From Nitrosococcus oceani ATCC 19707 (GTDB lineage Bacteria > Pseudomonadota > Gammaproteobacteria > Nitrosococcales > Nitrosococcaceae), in assembly GCF_000012805.1 (NCBI RefSeq), contig NC_007484.1, forward strand, positions 3,330,001-3,362,000: DNA of 32,000 nt. Reading direction: 5' to 3'. The notes beneath the pieces were generated by a model that was not told where the DNA came from, ran no database searches, and was given only the letters and a program-made list of their open reading frames with translations. Positions 5,831 through 14,212 of this stretch are shown here, piece by piece (the stretch's first letter is position 1; each line of letters starts with the position of its first letter). A program made the translations under genes and the position numbers.

Positions 5831-7600
5831 ATGATCAATCATCAATCTTCAATTCGTCCTCGTTGGCAAACCATGAAAATGGCGGCAATCTTTATTGCTC
5901 CTTACAAATGGCAGGTATTTTACAGTCTAATCGCCCTGGTGTTCACGGCAGCAATCACGCTTTCCATTGGGCAAGGCATCCGCCTGTTGATTGATCGTGG
6001 TTTTGCAACCCATTCGACGGATATATTAACCCAATACGTTTCCATATTTTTTTTATTAGTTATTGCCCTTGCGATAGGCACTTTCACACGCTATTACTGG
6101 GTGACATGGCTAGGCGAGCGGGTTATCGCCGATATTCGCCGTAGAGTATTTGACCACCTTATCGATCTGCACCCTGGTTTTTTTGAAAAAAACCGCAGCC
6201 TTGAAATTCAGTCACGATTAACGGCCGATATGACATTGCTCCAGTCAGTGATTGGATCATCGGTATCATTCGCCTTGCGTAATTTTATTATGATGGTCGG
6301 TGGCATTATTTGGCTATTCATCACCAATGCAAAACTAACCGCCATTGTCATGATTTGCGTGCCACTGGTAGTCATGCCCATTTTGATATTCGGGCGGCGG
6401 GTACGCAAGTTATCGCGTCAAAGTCAAGAAAAAGTTGCTATTGTAGGCGCTTATATTGGCGAGATACTTGGACAAATCAAAACGGTACAAGCTTACAACC
6501 ATCAGGAAATAGATAAAAAAAATTTCCATTATCATGTTGAAGAGGCTTTTACCGTCGCTAAGAACCGGATCATACAACGTGCGCTACTGGTCACCCTGGT
6601 TATTATTCTGGTATTAGGCGCTGTCGGTTTAATGCTATTAATTGGTGGTATGGATGTCATTGACGGAAAAATTAGCGGTGGCGAGCTTGCCGCTTTTGTT
6701 TTTTACAGTGTCATCGTGGGTTCAGCCGTCGCTTCTATCTCAGAGGTTATCGGTGAACTACAACGTGCGGCTGGTGCCGCTGAACGCACTATAGATTTAT
6801 TGGCTACGCCAAACGAAATACAGTCTCCATCTAAACCGCAAACACTGCCACCGGTCTCGGGTAATATCGAGATTGAACACTTAATCTTTGCCTATCCTTC
6901 ACGTCCAGACGTCCGTGTAATCAATGAGCTATCACTGACCATCAAAGCAGGGGAAACCCTAGCATTGGTGGGTCCTTCAGGCGCGGGCAAATCAACCTTA
7001 TTTGATTTATTATTACGTTTCTTTGACACCTACACGGGTTCCATCAAGCTAGAGGGTATCGATATCCGGCAGCTCAATATCTCCAAGCTGAGGCAATGCT
7101 TTGCGCTGGTATCCCAGAATCCAGCTTTATTTCATGGCAGTATCATAGACAATCTCCGCTATGCCCGACCCGATGCGCTCGATACCGAAGTTGAAGCCGT
7201 GGCAAAAGCGGCCCATGCCCATGAGTTTATTTGTAAACTGCCGCAAGGTTATGATACCCAGCTAGGAGATGCTGGATTAGGACTATCGGGGGGCCAAAAA
7301 CAACGGCTTGCCATTGCGCGGGCAATACTGGCGAATGCCCCTATTTTATTACTGGACGAAGCAACCAGCGCGTTAGATTCGCAAAGTGAATTTTGGGTTC
7401 AGCAAGCGCTGGAAAAATTAATGGTTAACCGTACCACACTGGTCATTGCTCATCGACTATCAACGGTAAAAACAGCTGATAGAATTGCCGTCCTTGATCA
7501 AGGACGGCTGGAAGCTTTGGGTTCCCATGCGGAACTAATGAAATGCAGCGAGCTATATTCACAGCTGGCAACCTTGCAGTTTCAGCATAACTTGCATTAA
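5831..7600 (+). CDS. ABC transporter, fused permease/ATP-binding protein (type I exporter, MsbA/ATM1-like)
   Basis: N-terminal 6-TM domain. Walker A GPSGAGKST, signature LSGGQKQR, Walker B ILLLDEATSALD, H-loop IAHRL. Confidence 0.9.
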   Translation: MINHQSSIRPRWQTMKMAAIFIAPYKWQVFYSLIALVFTAAITLSIGQGIRLLIDRGFATHSTDILTQYVSIFFLLVIALAIGTFTRYYWVTWLGERVIADIRRRVFDHLIDLHPGFFEKNRSLEIQSRLTADMTLLQSVIGSSVSFALRNFIMMVGGIIWLFITNAKLTAIVMICVPLVVMPILIFGRRVRKLSRQSQEKVAIVGAYIGEILGQIKTVQAYNHQEIDKKNFHYHVEEAFTVAKNRIIQRALLVTLVIILVLGAVGLMLLIGGMDVIDGKISGGELAAFVFYSVIVGSAVASISEVIGELQRAAGAAERTIDLLATPNEIQSPSKPQTLPPVSGNIEIEHLIFAYPSRPDVRVINELSLTIKAGETLALVGPSGAGKSTLFDLLLRFFDTYTGSIKLEGIDIRQLNISKLRQCFALVSQNPALFHGSIIDNLRYARPDALDTEVEAVAKAAHAHEFICKLPQGYDTQLGDAGLGLSGGQKQRLAIARAILANAPILLLDEATSALDSQSEFWVQQALEKLMVNRTTLVIAHRLSTVKTADRIAVLDQGRLEALGSHAELMKCSELYSQLATLQFQHNLH

Positions 7601-7900
7601 AGATGATCTCTTATCTTGATGCAACATATGTCTGGCATACCTTTTTACGATCTGCTACATGTGGCTGTTGGGCAGCCACCCAATGATGCCGCGATGAATT
7701 ATCAAGATAGGTGCCCCCCCTGTCAGGCTAGATGGTTGGCTACCACAACGATGAGAAAAAATGGCAAAGATTTGCTCAGGCATATTTTTAACATGATCGA
7801 TAGTTCAGTCGTAATCTGTTCACCCTCTCAAAAAATCAAAAAATACTCGTCTATTTTTTAAATGAAAGTTTCTTGTTGGGAAGCCCAGATTTCTCTCCTG

Positions 7901-8857
7901 CTACTTAGATAACTTTACTGGTGAAACAAAGCCGGGAGGTTTAACGGCAAGCACAGAACATTGCAACTGTTCGAGAATGGCTTCAGCGGTATTCCCAATG
8001 AGCAAACCCGCGATACCCGTCCGGGCGACTGTGCCCATCACCACCAAATCAGCATGCAGCTGCTTTGCTATGTCGGGTATAATGGTGGCGGCGGTCCCTC
8101 GACGCATATGAAATTCAGGGGAGAGATAGTCGCTAGCATCTCTGCCGACGCGCTCTATTAACTGTCGCCGCAGTCGGTTATAGGCGTTTTCATGACTTGA
8201 CCGCACACCCTCGACGTAGGCAATGCTTGCCTTCTGAGGGTCATCGGCCCATGTGCGTAACATCGCCTCGGCCGGGGCATCCCAAACATGAACCACATGC
8301 AGCGCGGCAAAATCAGAAAACGCGAGAGAACTAGATAAATCAAGTATCTGCTGGTTGAGGTTCTGCTCTATTGCATCTGGCATATCCGGATTGAAATCGA
8401 CAGCGGCGAGTATATGCTCGTACTTCGATTTTTCCTCCGTACGTGTTAACCATACCGGACAAGGACAATTGCGCAGTAACTGCATGTCGTCGCTGCCAAA
8501 CAGCCGTTCAATAAAGCTCGGATTCTCAGCCGGTTTGATCAGTAGATCATGGTCGTTGCGTAAAATAGCCCGAATAATTTCGAGAAATGTTCTGCCCTCC
8601 AGTACATCCAGCCGGATACGGACCCGTTTCCTGTAAGGCTCGATCAGCGCCTCGAGTTTTTTGCGGCGCTCGTTCACCGTGGCGGTTTGCAGTTCATTGG
8701 ATATCGAACCGCTGCGCAATATACCGATACCTGGAACCACATCAATGGCGGTTAAGTCCGCCTGGTTGTTTTCCGCTAGGGACACGGCTCGCATAATCGA
8801 AGCGTCCTGGGCCACAGCGCCTTCAGATACGTAAAGAATATTTTTGAATAAGTTCAT
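7901..8857 (-). CDS. tandem universal stress protein (UspA/UspE-like)
   Basis: 318 aa with two USP domains. C-terminal DLVVMGTVARTGIAGLLIGNTAE...CSVLAVKP is the classic USP ATP-binding motif region. Confidence 0.85.
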   Translation of the reverse strand: MNLFKNILYVSEGAVAQDASIMRAVSLAENNQADLTAIDVVPGIGILRSGSISNELQTATVNERRKKLEALIEPYRKRVRIRLDVLEGRTFLEIIRAILRNDHDLLIKPAENPSFIERLFGSDDMQLLRNCPCPVWLTRTEEKSKYEHILAAVDFNPDMPDAIEQNLNQQILDLSSSLAFSDFAALHVVHVWDAPAEAMLRTWADDPQKASIAYVEGVRSSHENAYNRLRRQLIERVGRDASDYLSPEFHMRRGTAATIIPDIAKQLHADLVVMGTVARTGIAGLLIGNTAEAILEQLQCSVLAVKPPGFVSPVKLSK

Positions 8858-8925
8858 CCTGATTGACCTCTCTATTCTAAAGAACCGGTGTTGTATTCGG
8901 TGATATCTGTAACCGATAAAGCATC

Positions 8926-10632
8926 TTACGGTTTATTGGTCTCATCTTCTAGAATAGGCTGGTAGCCTCGATCTCTCACGCCCTGAACCATCTCGTCGAT
9001 CTCATCGGACGATACATTGAGCATCTCCATCGCGGTGACACTAAGGCGCAAACTCAACTCAATCGTTTCCGGATAAGCGCGAGCAGCACCGGCAGCAAGC
9101 AGGCGTGTACTGGTTTCGAGATCCCGCGCCCGTACGATCACCGGCACCTGCGGACAGGTTCTATTTATATACGACATCACACCTAATGCGGTGCCGGGGC
9201 TGTCAACGGCGACTACGACTAGAGAAGCCCTTTCCACATGAATGGAAGACAGCAATCCCGGATCGGCAATGTCGCCGAACCAGACCGCATGCCCATCCGC
9301 CCGCCCCTGGGCTACCCGCTTCGGATCGGTGTCAAAAGCCACAAAGGGAACGCCGCATGAGTGCAATAGAACGGCGATGGTGTGGCCCACTCGCCCATAG
9401 CTGCCGATCACCACTTGTTTTTCCGGGGCCTCCTGTAATTCCGCTGTATCATGGGTTGTTGCCCGAGGCGTTTTGACTAACCACTTCGCTATAGTGCCAT
9501 TGAAACGGATCAGCAGAGCGCCAGCAATCATCGACAGAAGCACGGAGGTGATGGCAATTTGACCCAGTTGCATGGCAATCACGCCGGAATCGAGCGCGAT
9601 AGCGATGAGAGCGAGCCCAAATTCACCACCCACACTCACCATCAGTCCGGTTTGCCACGCTACCCGGGTATCGATCCCTGTCCCACGCACCATAGCGGCA
9701 ACAATCAACGTCTTGCTCGTCACAATAAGCAACGCGCCCAGCACGGTCCAGTGCCATATGGGGAGTATCGCCGCCGGGCTGAAGCGCATACCAATGCCGA
9801 TAAAAAACAGCCCCAATAATACGTCCCGAAATGGACGAATACTTGACTCTACCTGGTGGCGAAACTCCGTTTCGCCCAGCATCATCCCGGCAAGAAAGCC
9901 GCCGAATGCCAGCGACAAACCCAGGCTATTGGTGATCCAAGCGGCAAGCAAAGCAACCAGCAGCACAGCCAAGGTGAAAATTTCAACCGATCTGCGCTCG
10001 GAAACCACATGAAACAACGGGCCCAGCAACCAGCGCCCGGCAAAAAAGACAAGCACGAAGGCAAGCACGGCTTTTGCAAGGGCCAAGCCCAGCGTTCCCG
10101 CCAGCACATCCGCTGTGACCGACGTACCCAGCACAGGGATGGCCACAAGAAATGGAACGGCCGTAACATCTTGAAAAACCGACATTGCAAGCCCAAGACG
10201 GCCATGCTGAGTATTCTCCTCGCCCCGCTCGGTGAGCAGGCTGGCAATAATTATTGTGGAAGATTGAGCAAAAACGGCGCCGAACACGAACGCGGCGGCA
10301 ACCGGTAATCCTGCGAGCCACACTACCAACCCAACCACCAGGGTGGTGAACGCTACCTGCCCGGTACCCAGCCCAAGAACCTGGTGTCGCAAGGCGTGTA
10401 TTTGGGGCAGAGAGAAATTAAGGCCTATGGTAAACAGCAGGAAAACAACACCGAATTCGGCAAACGCTTCCAGCTCCGGCATGGCAACTACCGGTCCGAT
10501 CGTGTACGGTCCAAGCACTATCCCTACCAACAAATATCCCAGGCTGGTCGGGGTATGAAAGCGCTGAAAAATAACCACGACAGTGATCGCCGTGGCCAAA
10601 AGCAGGATAATTTGGATGAGATATTCCATCAT
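8926..10632 (-). CDS. CPA2 monovalent cation:proton antiporter (KefB/KefC-like) with C-terminal RCK/TrkA-N domain
   Basis: About 12 TM helices, then VVIGSYGRVGHTIAVLL (a Rossmann GxGxxG-like motif) typical of Kef-type systems. Confidence 0.85.
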   Translation of the reverse strand: MMEYLIQIILLLATAITVVVIFQRFHTPTSLGYLLVGIVLGPYTIGPVVAMPELEAFAEFGVVFLLFTIGLNFSLPQIHALRHQVLGLGTGQVAFTTLVVGLVVWLAGLPVAAAFVFGAVFAQSSTIIIASLLTERGEENTQHGRLGLAMSVFQDVTAVPFLVAIPVLGTSVTADVLAGTLGLALAKAVLAFVLVFFAGRWLLGPLFHVVSERRSVEIFTLAVLLVALLAAWITNSLGLSLAFGGFLAGMMLGETEFRHQVESSIRPFRDVLLGLFFIGIGMRFSPAAILPIWHWTVLGALLIVTSKTLIVAAMVRGTGIDTRVAWQTGLMVSVGGEFGLALIAIALDSGVIAMQLGQIAITSVLLSMIAGALLIRFNGTIAKWLVKTPRATTHDTAELQEAPEKQVVIGSYGRVGHTIAVLLHSCGVPFVAFDTDPKRVAQGRADGHAVWFGDIADPGLLSSIHVERASLVVVAVDSPGTALGVMSYINRTCPQVPVIVRARDLETSTRLLAAGAARAYPETIELSLRLSVTAMEMLNVSSDEIDEMVQGVRDRGYQPILEDETNKP

Positions 10633-10650
10633 AATATTTTTTATTCACCG

Positions 10651-10712
10651 GTAAAACTTAGCATCGCATTCAGCAGCGCATGTAGTGCATCCACTTGGAT
10701 AGATTGTTAGTC
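10651..10712. mobile_element. possible attC relic
   Basis: GTAAAAC ... ATTCAGCAGCGC ... ACTTGGAT-AGATT-GTTAGTC. The right arm resembles GCTTGGAC-GAATG-GTTAGGC (14967-14988), and TCAGCAGCGC is shared with the 633-693 attC. Boxes are imperfect and pairing is weak. Confidence 0.3.
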
Positions 10713-10845
10713 AAGGGATAAAAATATGCGATCCTATAGGCAACGAAAGGATCTCGTATAACCCCTTCACAAATCGCAGATACAATATATCAGATAAGAC
10801 CTGGGCCTTACTGGAATCACAGGTAGGGGTGTTTTATCCGCTAGC

Positions 10846-11150
10846 ATGATAAGGGCGTTCGGGAAAGATTATTAGGATTTCAGATTGACGGGTCTGATTA
10901 TAAACGGCTGATGATTGCCGCTATTCCAGCCCGTAAAAACTACATCCTTCAGCATGAGTATAATAAAAATTTATACGAATTACAGCATCTACTGGAAAAC
11001 GCTTTCCTTCATCTCAAACGCTGATCCAGGATTTATTACCACATGATACGCCAGAAACATCGCTTCCTTTCTCGCTACCGTAAGAATCAACCGCATCCTT
11101 CTTTGAGCCAGTATCTCCTGACTTCACCATTTAGTCCGACGCCTGATTTA
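10846..11150 (+). pseudogene. IS5-family (IS427/IS1031-like group) transposase C-terminal remnant
   Basis: The plus frame reads DKGVRERLLGFQIDGSDYKRLMIAAIPARKNYILQHEYNKNLYELQHLLENAFLHLKR*, then after a frameshift ...YARNIASFLATVRINRILL. Compare the usual ADKGYD...VIP.R.N......Y..R..IEN.F..LK.WR.IATRY.KN..SFLA ending. Confidence 0.6.
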
Positions 11151-11540
11151 AGCCTGCAATGGACGCTGATGGACAACCGTGTCTGTGTACTGGTGAAACG
11201 AGACCACTTTTCCATCCTCAAACTTCCAGACATGGGCGAACGGGGCTTTGAAGCTTTTACCCGTAGCCTTGTAGGAGCCACTGTACTCGCCAAGTGCTAC
11301 GACGGTGGAACCGTCTGCCACAAACTCCCTAGGCACTGCAGCGAAGCCATTCCACTCTCCGCAGAGCTTCATAAAGACATTCTCCAAGACTGCATCCGGT
11401 CCGATAAAGACGCCGCCGTAAGGCCCGCCTTCAGCCTCGGTCCAATGCATGTCTGGAGAAAATACTGCCAGAACCGCAGGGATGTCACCAATAGCAAATG
11501 CCTTGTACAAGCTACGTATAATATCTAAATTGTTGCTCAT
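11148..11540 (-). CDS. SnoaL-like / NTF2-fold (ketosteroid isomerase-like) protein
   Basis: 130 aa. IIRSLYKAFAIGDIPAVLAVFSPDMHWTEAEG...ALGEYSGSYKATGKSFKAPFAHVWKFEDGKVVSFHQYTD is the typical SnoaL_2 pattern. Confidence 0.8.
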   Translation of the reverse strand: MSNNLDIIRSLYKAFAIGDIPAVLAVFSPDMHWTEAEGGPYGGVFIGPDAVLENVFMKLCGEWNGFAAVPREFVADGSTVVALGEYSGSYKATGKSFKAPFAHVWKFEDGKVVSFHQYTDTVVHQRPLQA

Positions 11541-11569
11541 AAAAATCTCCAGTTGAGAGCAGGACCATC

Positions 11570-11656
11570 GCGCAACCTAGCGCTGAAATAGGCGGCGTAC
11601 GTAAGCACGCTTGGGGAGGCTAAAGGGCTGGAACATACTTGATTGACTGCTTATGT
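11570..11656 (-). mobile_element. attC-like site (good right arm, weak left arm)
   Basis: Right arm ACTTGATT-GACTG-CTTATGT (11637-11656), with the ynfA stop codon inside the core box exactly as in the 14206-14212 site. Left box GCGCAAC at 11570-11576. Poor stem. Confidence 0.3.
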
Positions 11657-11983
11657 GGTGCGAGGCGCGAACATGATAATTGCCATACCTAAAAGCGCTA
11701 TCGCAGATCCCACTAAATCCCATGTGGTTGGACGAATTCCATTGACTACCCATAGCCACAAGATCGCCATGACAATATAAACCCCACCATAGGCTGCATA
11801 GACCCTGCCCGCTGCGGTTGGATGCAGCGACAGCAACCATACGAAAGCCACCAAGCTCAAAGCGCAGGGTACCAAAAGCCAGATTGTTTTGTCTTCCCGA
11901 AGCCAAAGATATGCCAAATAGCAGCCGGCAATTTCCGCTAATGCGGTGATGAGAAACAAGCCAACAGTCTTCAACTCAGGCAA
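11651..11983 (-). CDS. ynfA: YnfA family (UPF0060) small membrane protein
   Basis: [57 protein letters not shown] is very close to E. coli YnfA ([57 protein letters not shown]). Confidence 0.9.
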   Translation of the reverse strand: MPELKTVGLFLITALAEIAGCYLAYLWLREDKTIWLLVPCALSLVAFVWLLSLHPTAAGRVYAAYGGVYIVMAILWLWVVNGIRPTTWDLVGSAIALLGMAIIMFAPRTT

Positions 11984-12007
11984 AAGAATCTACTCCTTAT
12001 CGATACC

Positions 12008-12070
12008 ACATAACGACCAAGCTAACCGGCGCCGCGTTCATCGGCGTCCGAGTTGGACATTGCTTTGGAG
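12008..12070 (-). mobile_element. integron attC site (63 bp, one degenerate box)
   Basis: ACATAAC-GACCAA-GCTAACC-(23 nt with stem CGGCGCCG/CGGCGTCCG)-AGTTGGAC-ATTGC-TTTGGAG. The left box is identical to that of the 12479 site. The right box is degenerate. Confidence 0.55.
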
Positions 12071-12197
12071 ACTGACGGAAATCACTCGAAAGGCTTAATG
12101 GATTCAACCGCTAAATTAATATACCAAAGTCTGACTAATATAGATGAGGGAGGTGAGATAGCTCAACCTTAAAAATGGCACTAACAAAGTCTTTGGT

Positions 12198-12460
12198 CTA
12201 CGTTCCAATACAGGTCCAAAAAAATCCAACCAGAAAATCGCATTTATCAAGAAATTGTTTGTTGATTATTGCTTGGGACGAATAACCCATGTCCGGAGAG
12301 GAATGGGATTCCCAGCCAGTTGGGAGTAGCACTACCTTTCCATTGGAAGAATGAACCACGTTCCATTCGGCAATTATCTCTCGAGCAATCGCGCGCTCCG
12401 ATGCAACCTCACCGGGGGCGACGGGATCATCACCTTAAAAATGGTTGCTTCGTAGCTCAT
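12198..12460 (-). pseudogene. degraded cassette ORF (frameshift plus premature stop), family unassigned
   Basis: ATG at 12460 with GGGAG upstream: MSYEATIFKVMIPSP. After a 1-nt shift in the C-run at 12414-12418 it reads PGEVASERAIAREIIAEWNVVHSSNGKVVLLPTGWESHSSPDMGYSSQAIINKQFLDKCDFLVGFFWTCIGT*, with the stop at 12198-12200. Confidence 0.5.
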
Positions 12461-12478
12461 GCGCGACACTCCCGGTAA

Positions 12479-12543
12479 ACATAACGCTTGAACTCAGCGG
12501 TGGCCCGTCAGGGCTTGCCGTCCGCTGCAGTGAATTGTTATAC
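12479..12543 (-). mobile_element. integron attC site (65 bp)
   Basis: ACATAAC-GCTTGA-ACTCAGC-(25 nt)-GCTGCAGT-GAATT-GTTATAC. rc(ACTCAGC)=GCTGAGT versus GCTGCAGT, i.e. one extra base in the right arm. Begins 18 nt 3' of the 12561 stop. Confidence 0.8.
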
Positions 12544-12560
12544 GGAAAACTCTTCACGTG

Positions 12561-14093
12561 TTACTCGGCTGCGAGACCAGCATATCGAATACCAGCAAGT
12601 TCCGCTATGGGCTTTTTCCACGAAGTAATGTCATCTGTATTGAAGTCGTTCAGCTTGGTATGGCCACACGCTCGGGCCATAACCTTCATGAGTTCGGTTG
12701 AGGCACTAAAGAATCGGGCAAGACGTTCAGCAGCGACATCAACATTGAGCCGTGCGCGCAGCTCCTCTTTCTGTGTGGCAATGCCCGTCGGGCAGTTATT
12801 TGTATGGCATATTCGGGCACCCACGCAACCAATGGCTTGTATTGCGCTATTGGCTACGGCAATGCCGTCTGCCCCTAAACACAGCGCTTTGATGAAATCA
12901 TCAGGTGTACGCAATCCACCCGTAATGATTAAGGTAACATCCTCACGACCTACGGCATGCAAGTGTCGACGAGCACGTGCGAGCGCCGGAATCGTGGGAA
13001 CGGCTATGTTGTCACGAAACAGAAGTGGGGCCGCACCCGTACCGCCGCCTCTTCCATCTAAGATAATGTAATCAGCAGAAGCCTCCAGGGCAAAATCGAT
13101 GTCTTTTTCAATGTGCTGGGCCGACATCTTAAAACCGATCGGAATCCCGCCAGACACCTCACGCACATGGTCGGCAAATTCCTTGAAATCATGCGGTGCC
13201 TTGAGATTCGGGAAAATGGATGGGGACACCGCATCTTTCCCGACGGGTATACCGCGCACTGAGGCAATGTCCTCGCTGACCTTGACCCCCGGCAGATGCC
13301 CACCGGTTCCAGTTTTTGCGGCCTGACCAGCCTTGAAATGAAACGCTTGAATACGTGTCAAAAGGGACTCGCTATAGCCAAACTTAGCTGATGCGAGCTC
13401 AAACATGTAGCGTGAATTGGCTTGTTGTTCTGCGGGCAGCATACCACCCTCGCCAGAAGCAATACCGGTCCCGGCCAACTCCGCACCACGCGCCAACGCA
13501 GTTTTGGCCTCTTCCGATAGGGCGCCGAAACTCATGTCTGATACAAAAAGGGGTAGCGCAAGATGCAATGGCCTTTTTGCATTCGGGCCGATGGTGAGCC
13601 CTGTATCCACGGGAGCATCCTCTTGCAGAGGCATACGAGCAAGTTGTGCTGTAAGGATTTGTATATCCTCCCAGCCCGGCAGACGGGAGCGCGGCACGCC
13701 CATCGCATCCATTTTGCCTTGCTGTCCGTAGTGTTTTAGGCCGTGTTTAGCCAATGAGTGGATAAACTCCACCGTCGGCTCTTCTGGCGTATTGACTGGA
13801 GCCGGAGACTCCGCTTTTGGTCTCCTATCGGGTATTTCCAGTTCCGTTTCATCCGGCGGCAAGGTTTTGTGCGTCCCATCACAATACGGAGCATTACCTG
13901 TTTGTTTGCACATGCACAGCCATTCGCTGGCCCCTTCCTCAACCATGAACGCAACCGGTTTGATACCGGTCCCGACATGCGAGCCATCACAAAACGGTTG
14001 TTTCTTCGATCTCCCACAAGCACACCAGTAGTATTCGCCCGGCTCCGAATTCAGCTGCTTCGGAATACGATCCGCTATCTTTGCTTTCGCCAT
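12561..14093 (-). CDS. FMN-binding glutamate synthase family protein with two N-terminal CDGSH iron-sulfur domains
   Basis: Start moved to ATG 14093 (AGGTGGA SD 5 nt upstream). CACGRSKKQPFCDGSH and CMCKQTGNAPYCDGTH are CDGSH motifs. The body carries GltS FMN-domain hallmarks (GEGGMLP, KTGTGGHLPG, LDGRGGGTGAAP, CHTNNCPTGIATQ). Confidence 0.85.
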   Translation of the reverse strand: MAKAKIADRIPKQLNSEPGEYYWCACGRSKKQPFCDGSHVGTGIKPVAFMVEEGASEWLCMCKQTGNAPYCDGTHKTLPPDETELEIPDRRPKAESPAPVNTPEEPTVEFIHSLAKHGLKHYGQQGKMDAMGVPRSRLPGWEDIQILTAQLARMPLQEDAPVDTGLTIGPNAKRPLHLALPLFVSDMSFGALSEEAKTALARGAELAGTGIASGEGGMLPAEQQANSRYMFELASAKFGYSESLLTRIQAFHFKAGQAAKTGTGGHLPGVKVSEDIASVRGIPVGKDAVSPSIFPNLKAPHDFKEFADHVREVSGGIPIGFKMSAQHIEKDIDFALEASADYIILDGRGGGTGAAPLLFRDNIAVPTIPALARARRHLHAVGREDVTLIITGGLRTPDDFIKALCLGADGIAVANSAIQAIGCVGARICHTNNCPTGIATQKEELRARLNVDVAAERLARFFSASTELMKVMARACGHTKLNDFNTDDITSWKKPIAELAGIRYAGLAAE

Positions 14094-14124
14094 TATTTCC
14101 ACCTGTATGTCTTGAATATTTTCC

Positions 14125-14212
14125 CGTATAACACTTCGCATCGCCGGCAGCAAAAAGCGGAGTAACAAAGGAGCTCCGCTTTTTGCTGTCCGAGTGCATA
14201 TGATTGTTATAC
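14125..14212 (-). mobile_element. integron attC site (88 bp)
   Basis: GTATAAC (14125-14131) ... GTTATAC (14206-14212). 16-bp near-perfect stem GCAGCAAAAAGCGGAG/CTCCGCTTTTTGCTGT. The right arm is 2 nt longer than the left. The stop codon of the 14207-14920 ORF lies inside the core box. Confidence 0.8.

Noticed and set aside
7616-7861. 81-aa plus-strand ORF in the ABC/USP intergenic region.
   Set aside because: No SD, odd composition and no recognisable family. It is more likely a non-coding spacer between convergent genes, though a small protein cannot be excluded.
9105-10710. Many 70-150-aa ORFs on both strands (e.g. 9572-10012, 9856-10308, 9882-10247, 9983-10321).
   Set aside because: All lie inside, and mostly antisense to, the 568-aa CPA2 antiporter gene. 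Their Arg/Pro/Gly-rich composition is typical of shadow frames.
4806-11150. Whether the IS5-type N-terminal remnant (4806-5053, minus) and the C-terminal remnant (10846-11150, plus) are two halves of one element, split by an inversion of the 5.7-kb block between them.
   Set aside because: The N-terminal piece looks like the IS5 group proper. The C-terminal piece ends like the IS427/IS1031 group (…ATRY.KN..SFLA…). They appear to be different elements, and the central DDE portions are absent.
11043-11528. 161-aa plus-strand ORF.
   Set aside because: Its 5' part is read-through of the IS5-family remnant in a shifted frame. The rest is antisense to the well-supported SnoaL-like gene.
12445-13071. 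208-aa plus-strand ORF, and other ORFs at 13058-14214.
   Set aside because: They are antisense or out of frame within the strongly supported CDGSH/GltS-domain gene. They have no start-site support, and the 12445 ORF also runs through an attC.
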